DNA from: the human T2T-CHM13v2.0 reference genome, Homo sapiens
Length of the DNA stretch: 64,000 nucleotides
Assembly: GCF_009914755.1 (NCBI RefSeq)
Contig: NC_060947.1
Reading direction: 5' to 3' (one strand)
Positions 18,101-30,500 of this stretch are shown piece by piece. The notes beneath the pieces are model-generated. The model made no database searches, had not been told where the DNA came from, and saw only the letters and a program-made list of their open reading frames with translations. Each line of letters starts with the position of its first letter. Positions within the stretch are counted from its first letter, which is position 1. The position numbers were made by a program, and so were the translations under genes.

Positions 18101-21100
18101 GCAGTTTGGAAACAGTCATTTTGTAGTATCTGCAAATGGATATTTGGAGCAATATGAGGCCTGCAGTGGAAAAGGAAATATGTTCATATAAAAACTAGAC
18201 AGAAGCATTCTGAGAAACATCCTTATGGTGTGTGCACTCGTCTCACAGAGCTGAAAGTTTCTTTTGATTGAGCAATTGTGAAACACTGTTTTTGTAGAAT
18301 CTGCAAGTGGATACTTGGAGCGCTTCACGCCCTATAGTGCAAAAGGAAATATCTTCACATAAAAACTGGACAGAAGCATTCAGAGGAACTTCTTTGTGAT
18401 GTGTGCATTCATCTAACAGAGTTGAACCTTTCTTTTGATTGAGCAATTTTGAGACACTCTTATTGTAGAATCTGCAAGTGGATATTTGGAGTGATTTGAG
18501 GCCTATGGTGGAAAAGGAAATATCTTCACATAAAAAATTGACAGAGGCATTCTGAGAAACTTCTTTCTGATGCGTGCATTCATCTCACAGAGTTGGATCT
18601 GTCTTTTGATTGAGCACTTGTAAAACACTCCTTTTGTACAATCTGCAAGTGTATATTTGGAGTGCTTTGAGGCCTATGGTGGAAAAGGAAATGTCTTCAC
18701 ATAAAACCTAGACAGAAGAATTCTGAGAGTCTTCTTTGTGATGTGTGCACTCAACTCACAGAGTTGAATCTTTCTTTGGATTGAACAGTTTGGAAACAGT
18801 CTTTTTGTAGTATCTGCAAATGGGTATTTGGAGTGCTTTGAAGTCTATGGTGGAAAAGGAAATATCTTCAGATAAAAAGTAGACAGAAACATTCTGAGCA
18901 ATTTCTTCCTGATGTGTGCATTCATCTTACAGTTGAACCTTTTCTTTGAGGAGTTTTGAGACACTCTTTTTGTAGAATCTACAAGTGGAAAATTTGAGCG
19001 CTTTGTGGATTATAGTGGAAAAGGAAATATCTTCACATAAAAACTAAACAGAAGCATTATGAGAAACTTCTTTGTGATGTGTGCATTCACCTCACAGAGT
19101 TGAAACCTTTTGATCGGGCAGTTTTGAAACACTCTTTTTGTACAATCTGCAAGTGGATATTTGCAGCGATTGGCGGCCTTTATTGGAAAAGAAAATATCT
19201 TCACATAAAAACTGGAGAGAAGCATTCAGAGAAACTTCTTGGTGATGTGTGCATTCATCTTACATAGTTGAAGCTTTCTTTTGATTGAGCAGTTTGGAAA
19301 CAGTCTTTCTGTAGTATCTGCAAATGGATATTTAGAGTGCTTTGAGGCCTATGGTGGAAAAGGAAATATCTTCACATTAAAACTAGACAGAAGCATTCTG
19401 AGAAACTTCTTTGTGATTTTTGCATTCAACTCACAGAGTTGAAACTTTCTTTTGATGGAGGATTTTAGAAACAGTCTTTTTGTACTATCTGCAAATGTTT
19501 ATATGGAGCACTTTGAGGCCTATGTTGGAATGGAAATATTTTCAAATAAAAACCATATAGAAGCATTCTGAGAAACTTCTTTGTGATGTGTGCATTTCTC
19601 TCACTGAGGTGAACCTTCCTTTTGATAGAGCAGCTTTGAAACACTCTTTTTGTATAATCTGCAAGTGGATACTTTGAGCACTTTGCAGCCTATAGTGGAA
19701 ATGGAAATGTCTTCACATAAAAACTAGACAGAAGCATTCTGAGAAACTTCTTTCTGATGTGTGCATTCATCTCACACAGTTGAATCTTTCTTTGATTGAG
19801 CAGTTTTGAAACACTCTTTTTTGTAGAAACTGCAAAAGGATATTTGGAGGGCTTTGAGGCCTATGGTGGAAAAGGAAATATCTTCACATAAAATCTATAC
19901 AGAAGCATTCTGAGAAACTTCCTTGTGCTGTGTGCATTCAACACACAGAGTTGAACCTTTCTTTGGATGGAGCAGTTTGGAAACTGTCTTTTTGTAGTAT
20001 CTGCAAATGGATATTTGTAGCGCTTTAAGTCCTATGGTAGAAAAGGAAATATCTTCACATACAAACTAGACAGAAACATTCTGAGAAACTTGTTTGTAAT
20101 TATGTGCCTTCATATCACAGAGTTGAAATTTTCTCTTGATTGAGCAGTTTTCAAACACTCTGTTTGTAGAATGTGCAAGTGGATATTTGCAGCGCTTTGT
20201 GCCTATGATCGAAAAAAGAAATATCTTCACATAAAAACTAGACAGAAGCATTTGAGAATCTCCTTTGTGATGTGTGCATTCATCCGAAAGAGTTGAAACT
20301 TTTTTTGATTGAGCAGTGTTGAAACAATATTTTTGTAATATCTGTGAGTGGATATTTGGAGGTCTTTGTGGCCTAAGGTGGAAAAGTAAATATCTTCATA
20401 TAAAAACTATACAGAAGCATTCTGAGAAACCTCTTTATGTTGTGTGCATTCATCTCACAGAGCTGAACCTTTCTTTTCATTGAGCAGTTTTGAAATACAG
20501 TTTTCATAGAATCCACAAGTGAATATTTAGAGAGCTTTGTGGCCTATAGTGGAAAAGGAAGTATCTTCACATAAAAACTAGACAAAAGCATTCTGAAAAA
20601 CTTCTTTGTGATGTCTGCATTCATCTCATGGAGTTGAACGTTTCTTTTGATTGAGCAGTTTTGAAAAACTCTTTTTGTAGAATCTACTAGTATATATTTG
20701 GAGGGTTTGAGGCTTATAGTGGAATAGGAAATATGTTTACATAAAAACTTTACAGAAGCATTCTGAGAAACTAGTTTGTGATGTGTGCATTCATCTCACA
20801 ATTTTGGAACTTTCCTTTGATTGTGCAGTTTGGAAACAACAGTCATTTTGTAGTATCTGCAAATGGATATCTGGTGTGCCTTGAGGCCTATGGTGGAAAA
20901 GGAAATATCTTCACATAAAAGCTAGACAGAAGCATTCTGAGAAACTTCTTTGTGATCTGTGCATTCATCTCACAGAGTTGAACTTTTCTTTTGATTGAGC
21001 GGTTTGGAAAAAAGTCTTTTTGTAGGATCTGCAAGTGGATATTTGGACTGCTTTGTGGCTTATGGTGGAAAAGGAAATATCTTCACATAAGAAATAGAAG

Positions 21101-22900
21101 CATTGTCAGAAACTTCTTTTGATGTGTGCATTCATCTCACACAGTTGAAACTTTATTTTGATTGAGCAGTTTTGAAACACTCTTTCTGTAGAATTTTCAA
21201 TTTTATATTTGGAGTACTTTGAGGCCTATGGTGGAAAAGGAAATACCTTCACATAAAAACTAGACAGAAGCATTCTGAGAAACTTCTTTGTGATGTGTAC
21301 ATGCAACTCACGTAGTTTAACCTTTCTTTTGATTGAGCAGTTTGGAAACAGTCTTTTTGTAGTATCTGCAGATGGACATTTGGAGTGCTTTGAGGACTGT
21401 GGTGGAAAAGGAAATGTCTTCAAATAAAAACTATACAGAAGCACTCTGAGAAACTTCTTTTTGTTGTGTGCATTCATCTCACAGTGTTGAACCTTTTTTT
21501 TCCTTGAGCAGTTTTGAAATACTCTTTTTGTAGTACCTGTAAATGGATATTTTGAGTGTTTTGTGGCCTATAGTAGAAAAGGAAATATCTTCACATAAAA
21601 ACTAGACAAAAACATACTGTTTAACACCTTTGTGATGTTTGCATTCATCTCACAGAGTTGAACCATTCTTTTGATTGAGCAGTTTTGAAAGAGTCTTTTT
21701 GTAGAATCTTCAAGTGGATATTTGGAGTGCTTTGAGGCCTAGAGTGGAAAAGGAAATATCTTCACTTAAAAACTAGACAGAAGCATTCTGAGTAACTTCT
21801 TTTTGTTGTGTTTATTGAACTCACATAGTTGAACCTTTATTTTGATTGAGCAGTTTGGAAACAGTCTTTTTTAGTATCTGCAAATGAATATTTAGAGTTC
21901 TTTGAAGCCTATTGTGGAAAAGGAAATATCTTCACATAAAAACTAGAAGGAAGCATTCTGAGGAAATTCTTTGTGATGTGTGCATTCATCTCACATAGTT
22001 GAAACTTTGTTTTGATTGAGCAGTTTTGAAACACTCTTTTTGTAGAATCTGCAAGTGGATATTTGGAGCGCTTTGAGGCTTCTGGTAGAAAAGGAAATAT
22101 CTTCACATAAAAACTAGACCAAAGCAGTCTGAGAAACTTCTTTGTGATGTGTGCATTCAACTCACAGAGATGAAATTTTCTTTTGATTGAGGAGTTTAGA
22201 AACAGTCCTTTTGTAGTATCTGCAAAAGGATATTCGGAGCGTTTTGACTCTTATGGTGGAAAAGGATATATCTTCACATAAAAACCAGACAGAAGCATTC
22301 TGAGAAACTTCTTTGTGATGTGTGCATTCATCTCACAGAGTTGAACCTATCTTTTCTTTGAGCAGTTTTAAAACACTATTTTTAAAGAATCTGCAAGTGG
22401 ACATTTGGAGCGCTTTGAGGCCTATGGTGGAAAAGGAAATATCTTCACATAGAAACTAGACAGAAGCATTCTCAGACACTTCTTTGTGATGTGTGCATTC
22501 AATTCACTGAGTTGAACCATTCTTTTGATTGAGCAGTTTGGAAACAGTCTTTTTGTAGTATCTGCAAATGGATATTTGGAGCACTTTCAGGTCTATAGTG
22601 GAAAAGGAAATATCTTTACACAAAATTAGACAGTAGCATTCTGAGAAACTTATTTGTGATGTGTGCATTCATCTCATTGAGTTGAACCTTTCTTTTGATA
22701 GACCAGTTTTGAAACACTCTTTTTGTAGAATCTACAATTGGATATTTGGAGCGATTTGAGGCCTATGGTGGAAAAGGAAATATCTTCACATAAAAACTAG
22801 ACAGAAGCATTCTGAGAAACTCCTTTGTGATTCATGCATTCATCTCACAGAGTTGAACCTTTCTTTTGATTGAGCAGTTTGCAAACACTCTTTTTGTAGA
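12181..22900 (+). repeat. Monomeric alpha-satellite, 171-bp stratum, part 2 (mixture of two monomer variants)
   Basis: Same consensus as 1-8550. Monomers alternate irregularly between gttttgaaacactc...gaatctgcaagtgg and gtttggaaacagtc...gtatctgcaaatgg. Interrupted by the short L1 at 13951-14087. Confidence 0.96.
13951..14087 (+). mobile_element. Extremely 5'-truncated L1 (3' terminal ~120 nt plus A-tail), L1PA2/PA3-like
   Basis: gatatacctaatgctagatgatgagttagtgggtgcagcgcaccagcatggcacatg...ccctaaaacttaaagtataataa followed by an A-rich tail. Alpha monomer register resumes at aatatcttcac. Confidence 0.95.
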
Positions 22901-25900
22901 ATCTGCAAAGGGATATTTGAGGTGCTTTAAGGCCTATGTTGAAAAAGGGAATATCTTCACATGAAAACTAGATGGAAGCTTTCTGAGAAACTTCTTTGTT
23001 GTGTTGGCATTCATCTCACAGAGTTAAACCTTTCTTTGATTGAGCAGCTTGGAAATAGTGTTTTTCTGGAATCTGCAATGGCATATTTGAGGGCTCATTG
23101 AGGTCTTTGGTGAAAAAGGAAATACCTTCACATATAAACTAGATAGAAGCTTTCTGAGAAACTTCTTTGTTATGCGTGCATTTATCTCACAGAGTTCAAA
23201 CTTTCTTTTGATTGAGCAGTTTGGAAACAGTCTTTTTATGGAATCTGCAAAGGGTTGCTTGGGAACTCTTTGAAGCCTATGGTGAAAAAGAAAATATCTT
23301 CACATAAAAACTAGACAGAAGCTTTCTTAGGAACTTCTTTTTGATGTGTGCATTTATCTCGAAGATTTGAATTTTTCTTTTGATTGAGCAGTTTGGAATC
23401 TGTCTTTTTGTAGAATCTGCAAAGGGACACTTCGGGGTGCGTTGAGGCCTATGGTGGAAAAGGAAATATCTTCACATAAAAGCTAGACAGAATCTTTCAG
23501 AGGAACTTGTTTTTGATGTGTGCATTCATCTCACAGAGTTGAAACTTTCTTTTGATTGAGCAGTTTGGAAACAGTCTTTTTGCAGAATCTGCAAAGGGAT
23601 ATTTCTGAGCAGTTTGAGGCCTATGGTGAAAAAGGAAATCTTTTCACATAAAAACTAAACAGAAGCTTTCTAAGAAACATCTTTGTGATGTGTGCATTCG
23701 TCTCACACATTTGAAACTTTCTTTTGATTGAGCAGATTGGAAACACTCTTTTTGTACAATCTGCAAAGGGATATTTCTGAGTGGTTTGAGGCCTATGGTG
23801 AAAATGGACATATTCATATAAAAACTACACAGAAGCTTTCTGAGAAACTTCTTTCTGTTGTGTGCATTCATCTGACAGAGTTGAAGCTTTCTTTTGATAG
23901 AGCAGTTTGGAAACAGTCTTTTGTAGAATATGCAAAGGGATATTTAGGAGCCTTTGAGGACTATGGTGAAAAAGGAGATATCTTCACATAAAAACTATAC
24001 AGAAGCTTTCTCAGAAATGTCTTTGTGATGTGTGCATTCATCTCACATAGTTGAACCTTACTTTTGATTGAGCAGTTTGCATACAGTATTTTTGTGGAAT
24101 CTGTAAAGGGATATTTCTGAGCGTTTTGAGGCCTATGGTGAAAAAAGAAAAATATTCACATAAAAGTAGACAGAAGATTTCTGAGAAACTTCTTTCTAAT
24201 GAGTGCGTTCACCTCACAAATTTGAACCTTTCTTTTGACTGAGCAGTTTGGAAACTGTCTTTTTGTACAATCTGCAAAGAGATATTTGGTGGTGCTTTGA
24301 GGCCTATGGTGAAAAAGGAAATATCTTCCCATAAACACTAGACAGAAGCTTTCTGCAAAAAATTTTTGTGATGCATGCATGCATCTCACAGAGTTGAAAC
24401 TTCCCTTTGACTGAGCAGTTTGGAAACACTCTTTCAGTATAATCTGCAAAGGGATGTTTGGGAGCCCTTTGAGGCTTATGGTGAAAAAGGAAATATCTTC
24501 ATATAAAAACTATACAGAAGCTTTCTGAGAAACTTATTTGTGATGTGTGCATTCTTCTCACAGATTTGAACTTTACTTTTGATTGAACAGTTTTGAAACA
24601 GTCTTTTGGAGGATCTGCAAAGGGATAATTGGGAGCCCTTCGAGGCCTATGGTGTGAAAGGAAATATCTTCACATAAACACTACACAGAAGCTTTCTGAG
24701 GAACTACTTTTTGATGTGTGCATTCACTTCACATTGTTGAATTTCTCTTTTGATTGAGCAGTTTGGAAACAGTCTTTTTATAGAATATGCAAAAGGACAC
24801 ATGGGGGAGGTTTGAGGCCTATGGTGGAAAATGAAATATCTTCACATAAAAACTAGACAGAAGCTTTCTAAGAAACTTCTTTGTTATGCGTGCATTCACC
24901 TCACAGAGTTTAGACTTTCTTTTGACTGAACAGTTTGGAAACAGTCTTTTTCTAGAATATACAAAAGGATATTTGGGAACTCTTCATGGCCTATGGTGAA
25001 AAAGGGAATATCTTAACATAAGAACTAGACAGAAGCTTTCTAAGAAACTTCTTTGTGATGTGTGCTTCCAACTCACAGAGCTGAAACTTTCTTTTGATTG
25101 AGTACTTTGGAAACAGTCTTTTTGTAGAATCTGCAAAGGGATATTTCAAAGCGGTTTGAGGCCTATGGTGAAAAAGGAAATATGTCCATATAAATACTAG
25201 ACAGAAGCTTTCAGAGAAACTTTTTGTGATGTGTGTATTCATCTCACAGAGTTGAACATTTCTTTTGATTGAGCAGTTTGGAAACAGTCTTTTTCTAGAA
25301 TCTGCAAGGGGATATTTCCGAGCATTTTGAGGCCTATGGTGATTAAGGAAATATCGTCACATAAAAACTATACAGAAGCTTTCTGAGAAACTGCTTTGTA
25401 ATGAGTGCATTCGCCTCAAAGAGTTGAACGTTTCTTTTCACTGAGCATTTTGGAAACAGTCTTTTTGCAGAATCTGCAAAGGGATATATGAGGGCGCTTT
25501 GAGGCCTGTGGTGAAAAAGGAAATATCTTCATATAATAACTAGACAGAAGCTTTCTGAGAAACTTCTTTTTGTGATGTGTGCATTCATCTCATAGAGTTG
25601 AAACTTTCTTTTGATTGAGCAGTTTGGAAGCAGTCTTTTTGTAAATTCTGCAGAGCGATATTTGTGAGCTGTTTGAGGCCTATGGTGAAAAAGGAAATAT
25701 CATCACATTAAAACTAGACAGATTTCTGAGATACATTTTTGTAATGAGTGCAATCATCTCACAGAGTTGAACCTTTCTTTTGATTGAGCAGTTTAGAAAC
25801 AGCCTTTTTCTAGAATCTGCAAAGGGATATCTCTGAGCAGTTAGAGGCCTATGGTGCAAAAGAAAATATGTTCACCTAAAAACTAGACAGAAGCTTTCTG

Positions 25901-28900
25901 AGATACTTCTTTGTGACGTGTGCTGTCATCTCACAGGGTTGAAACTATCTTTTGATTGAGCAGTTTGGAAACAGTCTTTTTGTGGAATCTGCAAAGGGAT
26001 ATTTGGGGGCCCTTTGAGGCCTATGGTGAAAAAAGAAATATCTTCACATAAAAACCAGACAGAGCTTTCTGAGAAACTTCTTTGTGATGCGTGCATTCAT
26101 CTCACAGAGTTCAAGCTTTCTTTTGATTGAGCCGTTTGGAAGCAGACATTTTGTAGAATTTGCAAAGGGATGTTTGGGAGTCCTTTGAGGCCTATGGTGA
26201 AAAAGGAAATATCTTCATATAAAAACTAGATAGAAGCTTTCTCAGAAACTATTTTGTGATGTGTGTATTCATCTCATATGTTTGAACCTCTCTTTTGATT
26301 GAGCAGTTTGGAAACATTCTTTTTGTAGAATCTTCAAAGTGATAATTCTGAGTGTTTTGAGGCCTATGGTGAAAAAGGAAATATCTTCATATAAAAATTA
26401 GAAAGAACCTTTCTGAGAAACTTCTTTGTGATGTATGCATTCAGCTCACAGAGCTGAACCTTTGTTTTGATTGAGCAGTTTGGAAACAGTCTTTTTGTAG
26501 TATCTGCAAAGGGATATTTCTGAGCAGTTTGAGTCCTATGGTGAAAAAGGAAATATCTTCACATAAAAACTAGACAGGAGATTTCTGAGAAACTTCCTTG
26601 TGATGTGTGCATTCAACTCACAGAGTTGAAATTTTCTTTTGAATGAGCAGTTTGGGAGCAGTATTTTTGTGGAATATGCAAAGGGATATTTGGGATCCCT
26701 TTGAGGCCTATGGTGAAAAAGCGAATATCTTCCCATAAAAACTAGACAGAAGCTTATTGAGAAACTTCTTTGTGATGTGTGCATTCACCTCACAGAGCTG
26801 AACCTTACTTTTGATTGAGCAGTTTGGAAACAGTCTTTTTGTAGAATCTGCAAAGGGATATTTGAGGGTGCTTTGAGGCCTACGGTGAAAAAGAAATTAT
26901 CTTCACATAAAAACTGGACAGAAGTTTTATGAGAAACTTCTTTGTGATGTGTGCATTCCTCTCACACAGTTGAAACTTTCTTTTGATTGAGCAGTTTGGG
27001 AGCAGGCTTTTTGTAAGATCTGCAAAGAGATATTTTGGAGCCCCTTGAGGCCTATGGTGAAAAAGGAAATATCTTCACCTAAAAAGCAGACAGAATATTT
27101 CTGAGAAACTTCTTTGTGATGTCTGCATTCATCTCACAGAGTTCAACCTTTCTTGGATTGGGCAGTTTGGAAACAGTCTTTTTCTAGAATCTGAAAAGGG
27201 ATATTTCTGAGTGGTTTGAGGCCTACGGTGAAAAAGGAAATATGTTCACCTAAAAACTAGACAGAAGCTTTCTGAGAAACTTCTTTGTGATGTGTGCATT
27301 CATCTCACCGAGTTTAACCTTTCTTTTGATTGAGCAGTTTGAAAACAGTCTTTTTGTGGAATCTGCAAAGGGATATTTGAGGGCCCTTTGAGGCCTATGG
27401 GGAAAAGGGAAATATCTTCACATAAAAACTAGACAGAAGCCTTCTGAGAAACTTTTTTCTGATGCATCCATTCATCTCATAGAGTTCAAACTTTATTTTG
27501 ATTGAGCAGTTTGGAAACAGTCCATTTGCAGAATCTGCAAAGGGATATTTGACGGCCCTTTGAGGCATATGGTGAAAAAGGAAATATCTTTACATAAAAA
27601 CAACTAGACAGAAGCTTTCTGAGAAAATTCTTTGTGATGCATGCATTCATCTCACAGAGTTCAAGCTTTCTTTTGATAAAGCAGTTTGGAAACAGACTTT
27701 TTCTAGAATCTGCAAATGGATGTTTGGTAGCTCTTTGAGGACTATCATGAAAAAGGAAATATCTTCACATAAATACTAGCCAGAAGATTTCTGAGAAACT
27801 TCTTTGTGATGTGCACATTTATCTCCCAGTGTTCAAACTTTCTTTTGATTGAGCAGTTTGGAAATAGTCTTTTTCTAGAATCTTCAAGGGGATATTTCTT
27901 AGCATTTTGAGGACTACGGTGAATAAGGAAATATCTTCACATAAAAACTAGACAGAAGTTTTCCGAGAAACTTCCTTGTAATGTGTGCATTCAACTCACA
28001 GAGTTGAAATTTTCCTTTTAATGAGCAGTTTGGAAACAGTATTTTCGTAGAATCTGCAAAGGGATATTTGGGAATCCTTTGAGGCCTATGGTGAAAAGGA
28101 AATATCTTCAGATAAAAACTAGACTGAAGCTTTCTGAGAAAGTTCTTTGTGACATGTGCACTCATCTCACAGAGATGAACCTTTCTTTTGATTGAGCAGT
28201 TTGGAAACAGTCTTTTTGGAAAATCTGCAAAGGGATATTTCTGAGCAGTTTGAGGCCTAGGGTAAAAAAGGAAATATCTTCATATAAAAACTTGACAGAA
28301 ACTTTCTCAGAAACTTCTTTCAGATGTGTGCATCAATCTCACAGAGTTCAACCTTTCTTTTGATTGACTAGTTTGGAAACAGTGTTTTTGTAGATTCTGC
28401 AAATGGATATTTGGGAGCCCTCTGAGGCCTATGGTGAAAAAGGAAATATCTTCAGGTAAAAACTAGACAGACAAAAGCTGTCTCAGAAACTTCTTTGTGA
28501 TGTGTGCATTCATCTCACAGAGTTGAAACTTTCCTTTCATTGAGCAATTTGGAAAAAATCTCTTCATAGAATCTGCAAAAGGATATTTCTGAGCGGTTTC
28601 AGATCTATGGTGAAAAAGGAAATACCTTCATATAAAAACTAGACAGAAACTTTCTGAGAAACTTCTTTATGATGTGTGCATTCATCTCACAGAGATGAAC
28701 TTTTCCTTTGATTGAGCAGTTTGGAATCATTCTTTTTCTAGAATCTGCAAAGGGATATTTAGGAGCCCTTGGAGGCCTATTTTGAAAAAGGAAATATCTT
28801 CAAATAAAAACCAGAAAGAAATTTCCTGAGAAACTCTTTTGTGATGTGTGCATTCATCTCACAGAGTTGAAACTTTCTTTTGATTGAGCAGTTTGGGAGC

Positions 28901-30500
28901 AGTCTTTTTGTAGAACCTGCAAAGTGATATTTGAGGGCCCTTTTGGGTCTATGGTGAAAAAGGAAATATCTTCACACAAAAACTAGACAGAAACTTTCTG
29001 AGAAACTTCTTTGTGATGCATGAATTCATCTCATAGAGTTGAAAATTTCCTTTCATTGAGCAGTTTGGAAACAGTCTTTTTGTAGAATCTACAAAGGGAT
29101 ATTTGGGAGCCCTTTGAGGCCTACTGTGAAAAAGTAAATATCTTCACATAAAAACTACACAGAAGCTTTCTGAGGAACTTCTGTGTGATGTGTGCATTCA
29201 TCTCACAGAGCTGAACTTTTCCTTTGATTGAGCAGTTTGGAAACAGTCTTTTTCTAGAATTTGCAAAGGGATATTTGGGAGCCCTTTGAGGTCTATGGTA
29301 AAGATGAAACATCTTCACATAAAAACTAGAAAAAGAAGCTTTATGAGAAATTTCTTTGTGATGCATGCATTCATCTCACAGAGTTGACATTTCTTTTGAT
29401 TGAGCAGTTTGGAAACAGTATTTTTCTAGAATCTGCAAAGGAATATTTCTGAACTTTTTTAGGCCTATGTTGAAAAAACAAATTTCTTCACATGAAAGTA
29501 GACAGAAGGTTTCTCAGAAACTTTTTTGTGATGTGTGCATTCATCTGACAGAGTTGAACTTTTCTTTTGATTGAGAAGTTTGGAAACAGTCTTTTTGTAA
29601 AATCTGCAAAGGGATATTTGGGATCCGTTTGAGGCCTATGGTGAAAAAGGAAATATCATCACATAAAAACTAGACAGAAGTTTCTGAGAAACTTCTTTGT
29701 GATGCATGCATTCATCTCAGAGAGTTGAACCTTTCTTTTGATTGAGCAGTTTGGAAACATTCTTTTTGTAGATTCTGCAAAGTGATATTTGTGATAGATT
29801 CTGCAAAATGATATTTGTGATCCCTTTTATTCCCATTGAGAAAAAGGAGATATCTTCACATAAAAACTAGACAGAAGCCTTCTGAGAAACTTCTTTGTGA
29901 TGCATTCATCTCACAGAGTCGAACCTTTGTTTTGATTGAGAAGTTTGGAAAAAGTCTTTTTGTAGAATCTGCAAAGGGACATTTGTGAGAGCTTTGAGGC
30001 CTGTGGTGAAAAAGGAAATATCTTCCCATAAAAACTAGACAAAAGCTTTCTGAGAAACTTCTTTGTTATGTGCACATTCACCTCACAGGGTTGAACATTT
30101 CTTTTGATTGAGCAGTTCGGAAACAGTCTTTTTGTAGGATCTGCAATGGGATATTTGTAGGCGGTTTGAGGGATATGGTGAAAAAGGAACTATCTTCACA
30201 TAAAATCTCGACAGAAGCTTTCTGAAGAACTTTTTTGGATGTGTGCATTCACTTCACATAGTTGAATCTTTGTTTTGATTGAGGAGTTAGGAAACTTATT
30301 TTGTATAATCTGCAAGGGGATATTTGTGAGCACTTTGAGGCATATGGTGAAAAGGGAAAAATCTCCACATAAAAACTGGACAGAAGCTTTCTGAGAAACT
30401 TCTTTGTGTTGTGTGCATTCATCACCCAGAGTTGAACGTTTCTTTTGACTGAGCAGTCTGGAAACAGTCTTTAAGTAGAATCTTCAAAGGGATATTTGTG
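22901..30500 (+). repeat. Monomeric alpha-satellite, 172-bp stratum A
   Basis: Diagnostics change to gaagCTTTctgag, ggtgAaaaagg and gcaaAGggatatttgggagccc/tttctgagc. Measured period is 172 (gaatctgcaaaggg at 23413 and 23585). The right boundary is gradual and approximate. Confidence 0.9.
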
